Below are positions 1 through 10,555 of a DNA stretch of 64,000 nucleotides, in pieces. Position 1 is the first letter of the stretch, and each line of letters starts with the position of its first letter. Both the position numbers and the translations under genes were made by a program. The DNA is from an uncultured Chloroflexia bacterium (GTDB lineage Bacteria; Chloroflexota; UBA6077; JACCZL01), in the NCBI GenBank assembly GCA_963765765.1, contig CAVXYC010000028.1, positions 1 through 64,000 of the forward strand, in the 5' to 3' direction. The notes under the pieces were generated by a model, which was given only the letters and a program-made list of their open reading frames with translations, was not told where the DNA came from and made no database searches.

Positions 1-399
1 TAGTCAACGGTCATGAGGAAAACTCTTTCATCGATCGGGTACAGAGTAAGATCCCGGCCGCGCTTACGTATCAATTCACCTCCAGATTCCCGCGTCAGTT
101 GCTGCTCGCACGGATCTTGCAAGCGCGAACTGTGAGTGTGTGATTGCGGCCAGAACACCAACGGCCTAACCATGGTGTTGAACAAGCCAGTGTCTCAACA
201 CCAGTGTACCTACCTGACTTTGCCCAAGTCAAGGGCTAGTGGTCGACGTGAAAGGAGTAGCGACGGTGGGCCATGAACAGAACGGTCGCAGTGATTGAAT
301 TACTCTGGCGGGACCCTTCAGAGGGGTCCCGTCCCATTGCGAGCCAAAAACAGCAATCAACCAGGAGGACGACGGGGGGGAGAAAACAGTGGGAGCAAC

Positions 400-1459
400 A
401 TTGATGCCGGAACTCCACAACTACTGAAAGCAGCTCGGAAGTCACAAAAGCTTGTCCCAAGAAGAAGCAGCTCATGCGGCCAGCACCTCATTGGCCTGGT
501 ATCAGACCATCGAACAGGGCAGAGCCAATAACACCACGGTTTCTACGCTGGTTCAGGTCGGCTCTGCCTTGAAGATGACCAAGGAAGAGACGAAACATCT
601 GATCGAACTCGCGTTGCCCGACCTCGCGGTCGGCGACGAGGCTGCCCAAGCGTCTCATCGGCCAGGGGACCGGCTTTGAAATGCACGGCCAGGGGTTACT
701 CGATCTCCTGAAACGATCGTCCCAACCAAGACGACAACAGCAGTGGAACTCCACCCGAACCAATTCGGCAACCGTGGTTATCCGGTAGAAGCCCGTGACA
801 GGATCGGCTTACTTCACGACCTACTCGGCCCATTTAAAGAGCGCGACATCCCACTTCGCTCTGTCACGGTCCTGACCGACCATGGGACCGCGACGGCGCG
901 CTGCTCACAATCGATCGCCCCACCGTAGAAGGATGGGAAGCGATCAAGCAGTTGCCTCCGCGCTCGGCCCCGGCGTCAAGCGCATATCTTATGAGCGCAT
1001 GTACATCATGGACGGTGCCGAGGACCGCAGCAACGACGCCCGAGTAGCCGCCCTACAAACCCGTGCACCAGGCTAGATAACCATCGATGCCGATCTTCCC
1101 CGCATAACCAGCGGCAGGGGAGAGCACCGTGGACACTGGTGACCGAGCAAGCATGTCGTCATCCGTATCGAGGCCCGCAACAGAACGGGGCTCGTTACGA
1201 CATCACAGCTTCATTCCGAGCACAACAGGTCACGCTCAGAATGCTCAACGCGGAAACGATCAACGGCGATGATGACGCCGTGATCGTCATCACCGTTGAT
1301 CGACTCTCTCCACATCCAGTGGACATGCATTGTCTGGCAGGCACTCAATGCCGACCCGAATATCATCCGGGCCGTGCAATCACGGACGGCACACACCCTG
1401 CTGTCACAGCAATCGTCACTAGGACTTCCACACTTCAGCTAACCGCGTCTCCTGACTGA
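400..1459 (+). CDS. XRE-family HTH regulator with C-terminal effector region (frameshifted)
   Basis: LLKAARKSQK + SQEEAAHAASTSLAWYQTIEQGRANNTTVSTLVQVGSAL is an HTH_XRE pattern; consecutive + strand ORFs continue to 1459. Confidence 0.55.
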
Positions 1460-1658
1460 GTCGCTCTACAACCGCTCTTCTGACGTAGGTAGTAGAGAAC
1501 AGGTCGAGTTTCCCAGGCATACACCACCCAGGTCGACGATATCCCGGAGCCAGCCCCTGCTCGCGCAGCTCGGGCAGTGGGCGGATGCGGGCAATGATCA
1601 GCCAGCGTGGGAACAATGCCGGAGATTGCCTGACGCCCGCACCCCCGCCGCGGAATGC

Positions 1659-1969
1659 TCACAGTTGCTGACGGACGCCGCCCCCCGCCCCGCTGATGCC
1701 ATTTATCATACAGCTGTGAGCGTCGGGCAAGCGGATGCGTAATAACTGGACCTGACGAATGAGAGGATCGTCCGAGTCTATAATAAGCACGGTCAGCCGC
1801 CAGCCGTCTCGCAAAAGCGAACCATCCCAAATGCGACGCAGCGCGGCGTCGCTGCGGTCATTGAGTTGATGTCGCTCATAGACAAGATCAGGGAACACGT
1901 AGACGGTCGCCAGCACCAGTAACCAGCCGACGACCAGCATCCTTCCCGGTGCGCTGTGCGTCGCTTCAC
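1659..1969 (-). CDS. small membrane-anchored protein, divergent paralog of the 2000 and 20035 genes
   Basis: VVGWLL transmembrane segment, YE motif, DGW and LRIR tail match the duplicated gene family. Confidence 0.45.
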
Positions 1970-2332
1970 CTCCACACAGCAGCCACTATACTGGCGCCGA
2001 TGTTAAAGGCTCGAAGCGCCTGCTGTACGTGGGATCTGGTGTGGGGTGGCTACTGGCAGTCAGGCCCGATCAGCTCGTCGGGTATACGGGTCTCGACTTC
2101 ACCACGAGTGCTGTATTCCTCCAAGAGAGACGCAGGTATTCGTGAATGAGGGTAGGAATGTGACCAGAGTTGCAGGGAGCACGACTACTATCTGCCGCCG
2201 CCAGCGCTGGATGGGGTGGGTCGAGGATCTGCGCTGTGACCCCTCGCTGGTGCTTGGGCATCAACTCCATCACGTCAGCCCCGGAGGCCTGCAGACGCTC
2301 AGAGTTCACGCTACGGCGCTCTGGTGAGGGGT
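1961..2332 (+). repeat. 372-bp unit, copy 1 (copy 2 at 19996-20367); carries a small membrane gene from ATG 2000, frameshifted here
   Basis: Alignable from TCGCTTCACCTCCACAC to CTACGGCGCTCTGGTGAGGGGT; LHHECCIPPRETQ and RRQRWMGWVEDLRC in both copies. Confidence 0.9.
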
Positions 2333-2344
2333 TTCGTTAGCAAA

Positions 2345-2917
2345 TCAGATATTCTGGGCATGGCCGAGACTGAGCTCAACGTCGTTACATTGCCGAGGGG
2401 CTGCACAGGATGGCTGTGCCGTATTTTGCCAGCCCGCTGTAGCACTTGCCGCGCAGGCCAGTCTCGCTTGCGACACTGGGGCTCGGGCCATCACCTTGGG
2501 GCCCACCAGCTGGCCCGAGTCCTTCCGTTGTCCGAGTCCACTGCATGCAGCGGATGAACAGTGATTGCTCCTGTCACGGCGCAGATTGAGAGGGTACCGA
2601 CAACACCGGCCGGACCCGAACAGGGGCATTCTCGGGCCGCTGTATTGAGGGCCTTTGCACGGTGAAGGTGAAGGCGTGTGCCAAAAGATATTCCGATGAT
2701 CATTGAGCCTGATCATCGGGATATTAGATTCGAAGCGGTTGATCGTCAGATCTAGTTCAGCTTGCGTGAAGCGAGTATCCGAAATAAACTGGCGTCCCCT
2801 GCTCAACTTGATGCTCGGCACGACTTCCCGAACGATCATCCACCCCTTCTCCAGAGAGTAAGTCCTGCTATGGAGTGAGATAGATATATTCGAATTGCCA
2901 GCAACAGAGGGGGGCAT
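2345..2917 (-). CDS. hypothetical protein
   Basis: 190-aa ORF with GGAG upstream; N-terminal half has protein-like composition. Confidence 0.35.
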   Translation of the reverse strand: MPPSVAGNSNISISLHSRTYSLEKGWMIVREVVPSIKLSRGRQFISDTRFTQAELDLTINRFESNIPMIRLNDHRNIFWHTPSPSPCKGPQYSGPRMPLFGSGRCCRYPLNLRRDRSNHCSSAACSGLGQRKDSGQLVGPKVMARAPVSQARLACAASATAGWQNTAQPSCAAPRQCNDVELSLGHAQNI

Positions 2918-3249
2918 CTCCAGGTTAAAAGTGGCAAACCGTCAATCGCCGCGAATTCACCGATCGTATCCCCCGCTGTATTCACCAGGGTGAATTTCTG
3001 AGAGACGATGTCACTCGCGGGTCTAACCTGCCCCCATCAGGAATACCGCGCTTATGGCAGCCAACATCACAATGCCCGACGAGCTTTAGTCGCGTGTTTG
3101 CTCCAGTTCCAGTTCGGCTGCACCACGTTCTCAATATCATAGCCGATACCTGCTTTACATCAGTGAGTGCGCAGAGTGCATCGCGGCTCCTGCACCCCAA
3201 GAGATCCGAGCATAAAAGTGGTGAACTGGGGTGAGGCTGTGTCGCGAGC

Positions 3250-3380
3250 TCACGGAAACGCACCCTTCCCAACACTCGGCCAGCTTGGTCACGTCGGAGG
3301 ACTTCAGGTCACGACGCTGGCGAAAAGTAACCGCGGCCTTCAACGCCACGGCGCGAGCGATCTGCAGGTTTTCGATAGCG
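3250..3380 (-). pseudogene. 3' fragment of recurrent element gene 'S'
   Basis: ARAVALKAAVTFRQRRDLKSSDVTKLAECWEG aligns with RAVALKAAVDFASGRELTSKDVTRLAEYWEA at about 18900-18995. Confidence 0.75.
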
Positions 3381-3495
3381 CGGCATCCCCAAAGCCGTTT
3401 CTCGTAGCTGAGGCTAGCATCATTAGCAGAAATTCCCTTGCACCATTGCAGTGTTAGGTTGTAGCCTGCTTTGTAGATCGATGACGGAGGGTCGT

Positions 3496-3975
3496 ATGGC
3501 GACATCTGACCGTACCCCTCAGAGCCAGCGAGCGGCCGGGAGGCGCCTGCGCGGGGCGCCCGAAGCGCCAGGGGCTTCAGCAATGGACATGGCCAAAGCG
3601 CTGGCCGCACTCCAGCAGAATTATGAGTTCTATGAAATGGGACAAACACCATCCCGGATCATATCGCCTCCCGCGAGTTCGCGGCCGCCTTGAATACTGA
3701 CGGGCGCGGGCTCTTCGATGTCATGTACCCGCCGCACGATGATGAGCCCGTCCGGTGGTGGAGCTCCGCAGGGCGTGAGTGAAGCTGGGAGCATCCGCGA
3801 TCTCGTGAACACCATCGGTCGTGCGCTCCAGTCGGCTGGTCTCGCCCACATCACCGTGAATGAGCAGGGCAATGTCACTGAGTTCGATGCAACCCTAGGA
3901 AGCTCGGGACAACTCAAGATTACTGGTCGCATTGAAGGTCAGAGCTTCAGTCAGGAATTCCTCACCGTAGGATGA
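3496..3975 (+). CDS. XRE-type HTH protein (frameshifted)
   Basis: GGAGG RBS, then SQRAAGRRLRGA...MDMAKAL...YEFYEMGQT, resembling the XRE at 26251-26496. Confidence 0.45.
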
Positions 3976-4272
3976 ACCAATGAGTGCAGCGACCGACGTG
4001 GCGGCGATCCTGGCCGACCGTCCGGACCTAGTGAAGAAAAGGAGCCGGCAAAAACGTCGGGCTCATCCGCTACCAGGGGCCAAAAAGCCGAGCGCGGCGG
4101 CGGCTGCCACCAAATCGTAAGTACTCTCGAGGCGACCAGGTTAGAAAGTGGAATTGTGTGGGTTAAGGAATAAATAGGCCTGGCACTAAAACGGGGCAAC
4201 CGGTTGATGGGTCTCTTTTCGTTCCGCCGCGCAATCCACACCTCCGCGTGACTTTGTCGACGGCTACGCGTC

Positions 4273-4500
4273 CTAGCCCTCGGCAATCCGCCGGTGGATT
4301 GTCCGCGTGCGCCTGGACCAGCGCCGCGGTGAGCCCCGCGACGGGCCGCCGGCAACCGCCCTCCGCTCTGCTCCGCGATCAGGTCCTGCAAGCTGTTCGC
4401 CATCATCTCGGGACAGCCTCCAGGCCCGTGAGCCCCGGTGTTCCCCCTTCCGACCGCTGCACGAGCTCTCCGAGCGCCGCATCCGGCCCCAGCCCTGTAG
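4273..4500 (-). pseudogene. copy of recurrent gene 'V' (degenerate)
   Basis: MMANSLQDLIAEQS and DNA CCTGGACCAGCGCCGCGGTGAGCC shared with 15787-16065. Confidence 0.7.
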
Positions 4501-5462
4501 CCGCCTGCCGGCCACGGAATCGTCGTCAGATGGGCCCGCTATGCCCTTGTGCACCGACAGTACACCTGGGGCCGGCCTCCCGCTGTACTTCGAACGTTCA
4601 GGATCGCGTTGCGGCCGTGACTTTGCGCACTGGCGAGTTGTTCTGCCGTCAGGCCGATTACCCTTTCCAGGTGCGCCCCACCAGGAAAGACCCTTCCAGG
4701 TCGGCCTCCTCCAGGTGCGCCCCGCCCAGGTGCGCCCCCTCCAGGTGCACATCGAGCAGTGAGGCCCATTCCAGGTGCACATTGAGCAGTAAGACCTGCT
4801 CGAGGTGCCCCCCGAAAAGCCAAGCTCGACGGAGTACCGAATCTGAGAGATCGAATGGGAGCTCATTGAGGGTGATCAGTCGGGACCACCTTCCGTCTGG
4901 CAATGACCGTCAGGGCCGCCTGGATGTCGGTCCGCAAAGGGGGATCCTCAAGCTCCCCCTCCGAATCGTCCACCTTGATACCGCTCGAGCCGGCAGTCGC
5001 CTTCGCGTTCTCACGGATGTAGGCGGCCAATACTTCCATGACCGTCCAGTGATACCGCCGGCGAGTCCTTGGCGATGCGCTCCAGCGCGTAGATGCCCCC
5101 CAGGCGGACCTCGAGATTGGGTCCTCCATCGCGGTCCGCCCCGATCTGCGTAATCGCCTGGGTGTAGCGATTGGTGATCTGGCTGGTGCGGTCGACCTCC
5201 AGCCGCTTCTCGGTCACCTTCAGGGTGTCCTGAGTCGCCCAAAGGTTCCTCTGGACGAAGACCAGGTTTCCAACTCCAACCAATCCGCCGACCAAGACGA
5301 CCAGGACGCCGAGCAGCTTGGCGCGGGCGTCCATGACTTGGGCCGCCTGAGTCTTGTCAACTGGGCTCCCCGGAATAGGCCTCGGGCACGATCCACGCGA
5401 CAGAGCCCCCTACCGCGACCACCACCACTAGAGCGGCGATCGCAGCCGCGATCCCTCCCCAT
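4500..5462 (-). CDS. membrane-anchored pentapeptide-repeat protein (frameshifted)
   Basis: TM segments, QITNRYTQAITQIG...EVRLGGIYALERIA, TDIQAALTVI, AHLEG/AHLGG/AHLEE/ADLEG repeats. Confidence 0.85.
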
Positions 5463-5466
5463 CGCC

Positions 5467-6077
5467 TCACCCTGCGCCCCACCACGCCCGAAACCGAGCC
5501 CAGACCCCAGTCGGACGCCCCTCCGCCGGCTGGGGCGCGGCTGCGTGCGTCTCCTGAGGTTCTGGACTCCCGGGCGCCTGGCCCTCGGGTATGGATCCAG
5601 TCTGCAGCGATTCCACCTGCTCCCGCAGGTGCGCCGCTTCCGCGTCTCGAACCTAAGCCTGGGCCCTGAGCCGCCCAGCTTCCTCCGCCTGCTCGCGGAT
5701 CGTGCCCTCTTGGCGCTCCACCAGCGCCACTAACGGCCCTAGGAGCTGGGTGTTATACGCGGCCATCGCGTCGGCCCGTTGGAGCTCGCTAGGTACCTGA
5801 GTAGCTCCCATGGGAGGTACCTGTGTAGGTACCTGCTCTGGCACGTCCTCGGGATCGAGCAGCACGCGCACGACTTCGCCTTGCGGGCGCTCGAAACGCT
5901 CGGACCGAGCTCCCGGAGCTACACCAGCGGCGCACGGTGTTCGATGACACGCCCAGGCGCACTGACGCCTCGGTGATGCTGAGCCCGACGTGGGACGTGC
6001 CATGCGCGCCCGATGAGACGTGCCCATTGCTGCGTGTGAGACGTGTCGTGGAAGGTTCTGGGAGGTAGTGGTGTCAC
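5467..6077 (-). CDS. HTH / coiled-coil / Trp-rich-tail protein, paralog 1 (Par/RacA-like architecture; frameshifted)
   Basis: LSITEASVRLGVSSNTVRRW HTH; LVALVERQEGTIREQAEEAGRL coiled coil; C-terminus GVWARFRAWWGAG*. Confidence 0.7.
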
Positions 6078-6157
6078 GTCGCCCAGTCTACGGCTCCGAG
6101 TTTCTAGTGAGCGCTACGTCCGCATCACAAGCGCGCGTGAGCACAATATGGCTCTCG

Positions 6158-6181
6158 CCTGTGATATCGCAGGTGATATCA
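6158..6181. promoter_or_regulatory. putative HicB operator
   Basis: CCTGTGATATCGCAGG near-palindrome followed by TGATATCA directly before hicA. Confidence 0.5.
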
Positions 6182-6188
6182 TCCTAGG

Positions 6189-6423
6189 GTGAAGCGTTCG
6201 GAGATTCGGAGGCGGGTTGAGCAACGGCGGAAGTCGCTCCCCATTAAAGAGCTGTGCCAATTCCTCGATGCGTACGGGTTCGAGCTCGATCGGGTTCGGG
6301 GAAGTCCACCACATCTTCAAGCGCGGCGCTCAGCGGCTCACTGTTCCCGGTACACGGGTCGTCAAGCCCGTCTACGTGGTGCAGGCGCTCCGATTGACGG
6401 AAGGCGAGGACGATGATGAGTGA
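6189..6423 (+). CDS. hicA: HicA-family toxin (frameshifted)
   Basis: ELCQFLDAYGFELDRVRGS + HHIFKRGAQRLTVP...VKPVYVVQAL. Confidence 0.85.
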
Positions 6424-7106
6424 GCACGAAGCGCAGATCCAGGCCATCATGCGGCGGCCCTATCACTTCGATATTCGCGGAACTCCGGAGGATGGCTATC
6501 TCGCATCGGTGCGCGAGTTTGATGGCTGCTTTACCGCGGGCGACACGCCCGAGGACGCACTCGCCATGCTGAAAGACGCAATGGCCGGATGGCTGGAGAG
6601 TGTCATCGAAGCGGGTTTGCCGGTTCCGCCTCCGTCCGACGAACTGGCGGAGTCGCGCTTTAGTGGTCGACTGCTCTTGCGATTGCCGAAGTCGGTCCAT
6701 CAAACACTCGCAGAACGGGCCGAGCGAGGGGGTCAGCATCAATCAACTCACGTTGAGCTACGTCTCGATGGGGCTTGGATCACAGATCACCACTCACTGG
6801 TCGGAAGAAGATGGAGGGTGTTGGGTGGCCACTCATCGGCATTGGTCGGTAGGAAAGGGATTCGCACCGCGCGCCGAAGATGCGACCACGTCTCGGCGAG
6901 AAATCCCGTCTGGAAATGACATTGTTGGCTACTTGTCCGACCATCCTGAAGGACTTCGGCTTGGGGAGATGGAAGCCTATTTCGACGTCCCGCGCCGGGA
7001 GTTGAGCGAGGTCGTCAATCAGCTCGCTGAGGATGACAGCGTCCGACTGGATGAGGACCACCAGCTTTACTACCCTGCTGAGGATGAGGATGCGGAGGTG
7101 AGCTAG
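6413..7106 (+). CDS. hicB: HicB-family antitoxin with RHH and an extra C-terminal winged-HTH-like region (frameshift near 6725)
   Basis: GYLASVREFDGCFTAGDTPEDALAML; FSGRLLLRLPKSVHQTLAERAE + EGVSINQL; start overlaps the hicA stop. Confidence 0.85.
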
Positions 7107-7622
7107 GAAGTCCACTCAAGACCCTCACCAGAACCGCCACAGGGGCGCTCTGACGGCTACTCTTGAGGTCAACGGAGTAAAATAGGCTAGCTCTGTACCC
7201 GCTTCGGCGAATCATGTGCAGAGCGAAAGGGGGTCCAACAGTGGCCGAACTAATCGCCCACTTCGTGAACCCCTGCCGGGTCTCCACTAAGTAACTCGCC
7301 AGGTTGGAATCTGGCAGCCAGACTGCTTGAAATGACGAGACTGGGATGTGAATCCATCTCTGGGATAGTCAGGGACGCGGCCTGGCAGGTCTCTGACGCG
7401 GCACACCTTCGGGGTGAAAAACAGTCAGGGTCGGTGTTGCTTCCGGGACTGGACCTCGCGGAACACGGCGAGCCAGGCGTGTGATCCACGCGACCAGCGG
7501 GCCGGGGCTTACGGCTGTTCGTTGTGGAACTGCTTCCAACAGGAAAGCAACGGGTCGGCAGTCTCGGTACAGGACACTGCGTGCGGGCTAGCATGCCCGC
7601 TTGCCGGAGCTCGGCGCTCCAA

Positions 7623-7668
7623 GTTGATTGGAAACCCGTGCTCCCTCCCTACTCAACCAAGCTAACGG
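7623..7668. repeat. 46-bp non-coding motif A (second copy 26711-26756)
   Basis: GTTGATTGGAAACCC-N3-CTCCCTCCYTACTCAACCAAGCTAACGG, 4 mismatches between copies. Confidence 0.9.
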
Positions 7669-7726
7669 TCCGGGCACCATCCAGACCCCGGTGAGGCAAA
7701 GACTATCTAGTCGACTGGAAATCTGA

Positions 7727-7766
7727 GAACGCGCTAAGCGTGATTATCACAACCAGACGTAACGGA
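7727..7766. other. putative tyrosine-recombinase (dif-like) site B
   Basis: GAACGCGCTAA-GCGTGA-TTATCACAACC-AGACGTAACGGA; related copies at 9458, 16831 and 26194. Confidence 0.6.
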
Positions 7767-7806
7767 TGAGGAGGCCATCGCCCGTATGCGAAGCCTCGGC
7801 CCTCGC

Positions 7807-8361
7807 TCAGCGGAACAGTTGCCGGATGGTCAGCGTCCCGACCGCGGTGAGCGTCCGGCCCCCGCCGGTGAGCGTGACCGTGGCCGGGTGCTGGCCCAGC
7901 GTGTCCGCCTCTCCGTTGGTGGGCAGGATGGTCGCGGTGTACGAGTCCCCGGTCCGGACATCGCGGAGGGGCACCGTCAGGCGGGTGAGGCCGCCAACGC
8001 CGTCGTCGTCGACGTCGGAGCAGCTCGCCGGCTGATGGAGCTGCTCCGCCACCAGGACCGTGGTCGAGGCACCATCACCGAAATGGACCGTCCCGCCGGC
8101 CTCACCGAAGCGCGCATCGACTTCTTCCGGGCGATCCGGTCCGGGGATCTGGAACACCACGTGCATCTGGGTCAGCGGCCCCGGGGACGTGGGGGGAATC
8201 GATGGACATCATTCCGCCGAGTTGCCGGGATCATTCCGCCCCCACCGGGCGGATCGGGCGGGTGTCAGGTCGTCGTCGTGGTCGGCCGCGGCGGTGGCCG
8301 GGAGGAGCGCGAGCAGCCCGACCAGGAACGCGATGGGCAGATGCAACGTCGTCTTCGTCAT
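7807..8361 (-). CDS. secreted hypothetical protein (frameshifted)
   Basis: GGAGG RBS, signal peptide MTKTTLHLPIAFLVGLLALLPATAAA, beta-rich C-terminal ORF. Confidence 0.55.
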
Positions 8362-8535
8362 CGCCGCCTCCGACCGGGTCCGCGCCCCGGTCCCGGCCGC
8401 CAGTCTAGCGCCGAGTGGGGCGTCCAGCAAGCCCCACGTAGCGCGGGGCCGGGCCATGGCACAGGGCATTGTGCTTTCTCTCGCCTCCCCGTAGACTGCC
8501 GTGGGGGTCTCGGAGCCCTCCAGAGGAGTTCCTCA

Positions 8536-8816
8536 TGCGACGTCTCGTCTACGCGTTCTCGTTGATCGCCGCGCTGGCGGTGCCCGGGACCTCGGCTGCG
8601 CCCGTGAGCGCGCAAACTGAGCCGCCTGAGCCGCAGTGTGCCCCGGTCGCTATATCGGACTTTCAGTTCCATGCAGATGCCGGCGATCTTCGCTACCTGG
8701 GCCTTGTCCAGCAGGCCAAGGCGGCCGATCGCAACGGCGACCGCTTGGTCTGCACGAACGAGCGGACACGTTTCACCGACAAAGCCTTCGCCGCAAGCAT
8801 CACCGACAATCCCTAA
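8536..8816 (+). CDS. small secreted protein with DxNxD (Ca-binding-like) motif
   Basis: GAGGAG RBS, signal peptide, two Cys, ADRNGDRLVC. Confidence 0.65.
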
Positions 8817-8978
8817 TCGTACGCGTCGTACGGCGCGCGCCCGGCGCATCCGCTGGGATCCCGCACCCCGCACGAATCAGCCGCCCGGTGAGATCACCGG
8901 GCGGCTTGTGTATGGTGCGTTATGGTTACCAGGATGCTGTTATGTCGCCTGCATCACCGCGGCGAGCTACACTGAGCC

Positions 8979-9249
8979 ATGGACGACCTTGAATTCGTTC
9001 AGCGGCTTCACCCCGATCAGATCACCCCTGCCCGGCTTCTCTCTCAGTGGATTGCAGATTCGCTTTGATCGCCCGTTCATGAGGAGCCCCAGCGTTTCTG
9101 CCCATGTTGGCCGCAGCGTGAATACCGGCGAGCTCTCGGTTCACTGGCAAGCCCATGGCCTCCCGGCCAGCGCCACGGGCGGCGAGCTCCAACTCGCGAC
9201 GTACGAAGGCTCCCTTCCAGACCACCCGCCCGGGTGGTGGCAGAGCTAG
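8979..9249 (+). CDS. hypothetical protein (probably leaderless, frameshift near the start)
   Basis: TACACT 5 nt before ATG 8979; open frame to 9249. Confidence 0.35.
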
Positions 9250-9294
9250 ACCGCAGCGGCTAGACGCCCTGATCGCTGCGTGTCATGATAATGA

Positions 9295-9465
9295 TGTCTC
9301 CTTGCTGGGGGACGCCCCGGTCGCGGTCGTGGTATGGGTATACCACCTCCTGCCACGCCCTCGGCCGGGGATTGCGGTAATCGCTAGGCAGGTCAGGCCT
9401 CAGCGGAGGACCCACGCCTCCAGCTTCTCCGCGAGCGTGAGCATATCGCTGCTCTTCACCAGACG
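9295..9465 (-). repeat. gene 'S' 3' end plus conserved downstream leader (second copy 17615-17800)
   Basis: 38 bp identical at 9295-9332 and 17615-17652, ending in an AAGGAGA RBS on the minus strand; KSSDMLTLAEKLEAWVLR* vs KSADLFCLAERMEAWVLR*. Confidence 0.85.
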
Positions 9466-9493
9466 TAACGGACCGGCTAGTCAGCACCGTCTC
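9458..9493. other. truncated site B copy
   Basis: ACCAGACGTAACGGACYGGCTAGTCRGCACCKTCTC, 33/36 identical to 16842-16877. Confidence 0.7.
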
Positions 9494-9557
9494 CTAAAGG
9501 CTCTCCGGAAAGCATCTCTATGGCACCTCTAAGGTGCTAGCATGGCTATTAGCGGCG

Positions 9558-9574
9558 GTTAACGTCACGTTAAC
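9558..9574. promoter_or_regulatory. putative TA operator palindrome
   Basis: GTTAACGTCACGTTAAC just upstream of the DUF433 gene. Confidence 0.55.
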
Positions 9575-9595
9575 TGTGCTAGGGGTGGATGCTGT

Positions 9596-9877
9596 ATGAA
9601 GATCGAGAGCATACGTGTCGGTAGCGCGCCACTGATACAGGAGACCCCCGGTGTGAGTGGTGGGTATCCCTGTATTGGTGACACCAGGATCCCAGTACGG
9701 TCGCTCGTGCTGGCCTACCGTCAGACCCACGACTTCGATCGCGTCCTCGAAGCGTTCCCGCAGCTCAAGCCCGAGGTTATTCGAGCAGCCCTCGACTGGT
9801 ACATCCTTCATCCCACCGACGTGGATGAGGACATTCGGCGGAATGCCGATAGCATGGAGCGCGTCCTAAGCCGCTAA
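9596..9877 (+). CDS. DUF433 antitoxin (VapB45-like)
   Basis: PGVSGGYPCIGDTRIPV...FPQLKPEVIRAALDWY. Confidence 0.9.
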   Translation: MKIESIRVGSAPLIQETPGVSGGYPCIGDTRIPVRSLVLAYRQTHDFDRVLEAFPQLKPEVIRAALDWYILHPTDVDEDIRRNADSMERVLSR

Positions 9878-10242
9878 TGGACGGCTTAGGAATCACTGTC
9901 TTCACTGACGAGATGATCACTCCGCGGTTGGCCGCGGCTCTACGAGCGCTCGGCTACGACGTCGAAAGCTGCCAGTCTGTCGGGCGAGCCAACCAGCGCA
10001 TCAGCGATTACGATCAACTCGCGTATGCGACGAGTCAGGGACGCGCAATCTATACATTCAACGTGGCCGACTTCGAGCGACTCGATATCCAGTGGGCGAA
10101 TGCGCGGCTCTCGCACGCGGGCATCATCGTTTCCGAGGACCTCAATACCGACCTCCAGGAAATGACCCGCCGGCTTAAGATCCACCTCGACACAGTCACC
10201 CCAGCGACACAGCACAACAGGCTTTTGCCGCTCGCCACCTAG
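9877..10242 (+). CDS. DUF5615 PIN-like toxin (VapC45-like)
   Basis: FTDEMI...LRALGYDV...SDYDQLAYA...GRAIYTFNVADF...HAGII; TAATG translational coupling. Confidence 0.9.
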   Translation: MDGLGITVFTDEMITPRLAAALRALGYDVESCQSVGRANQRISDYDQLAYATSQGRAIYTFNVADFERLDIQWANARLSHAGIIVSEDLNTDLQEMTRRLKIHLDTVTPATQHNRLLPLAT

Positions 10243-10541
10243 CCCCAAAACCGCCACCAGGGCCGTTGACCACTCTCAGGCTCGGAGGCCACCTGTGGCC
10301 GTTGTTCGTCGGCCATCTGGCTAAGGGTGGCGAACATGCGTCGCACTCCTTGGTCCGTCCACCCCTGCGCTACTAAACGTCGGAATACTTCGTCTGGTGG
10401 TTTCCCGTCATTGAGCGCTTTGACCGCTTCCTGAACCTCGTTATCCGATTGGTCAAGTTCGGCAGGCTCAGGCAGTCGAGATTCGCATCCGTGACACCAG
10501 CGCATTCCCGAGGGAAAAGCCCCACACTTTCGACACCACAT
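10239..10541 (-). CDS. zinc-ribbon protein with RPWWRFWG tail
   Basis: CRKC...CHGC; Trp-rich C-terminus. Confidence 0.65.
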   Translation of the reverse strand: MWCRKCGAFPSGMRWCHGCESRLPEPAELDQSDNEVQEAVKALNDGKPPDEVFRRLVAQGWTDQGVRRMFATLSQMADEQRPQVASEPESGQRPWWRFWG

Positions 10542-10555
10542 GCCCGCTCCCTGTT

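Noticed and set aside
1961-2332. MITE interpretation of the 372-bp duplication
   Set aside because: Only a weak C.TCACC end symmetry and no target-site duplication
4248-5153. Long + strand ORF, and similar shadows at 22577-23491, 30726-31466, 31755-32510 and 63177-63902
   Set aside because: Antisense to well-supported genes; typical GC-rich shadow frames
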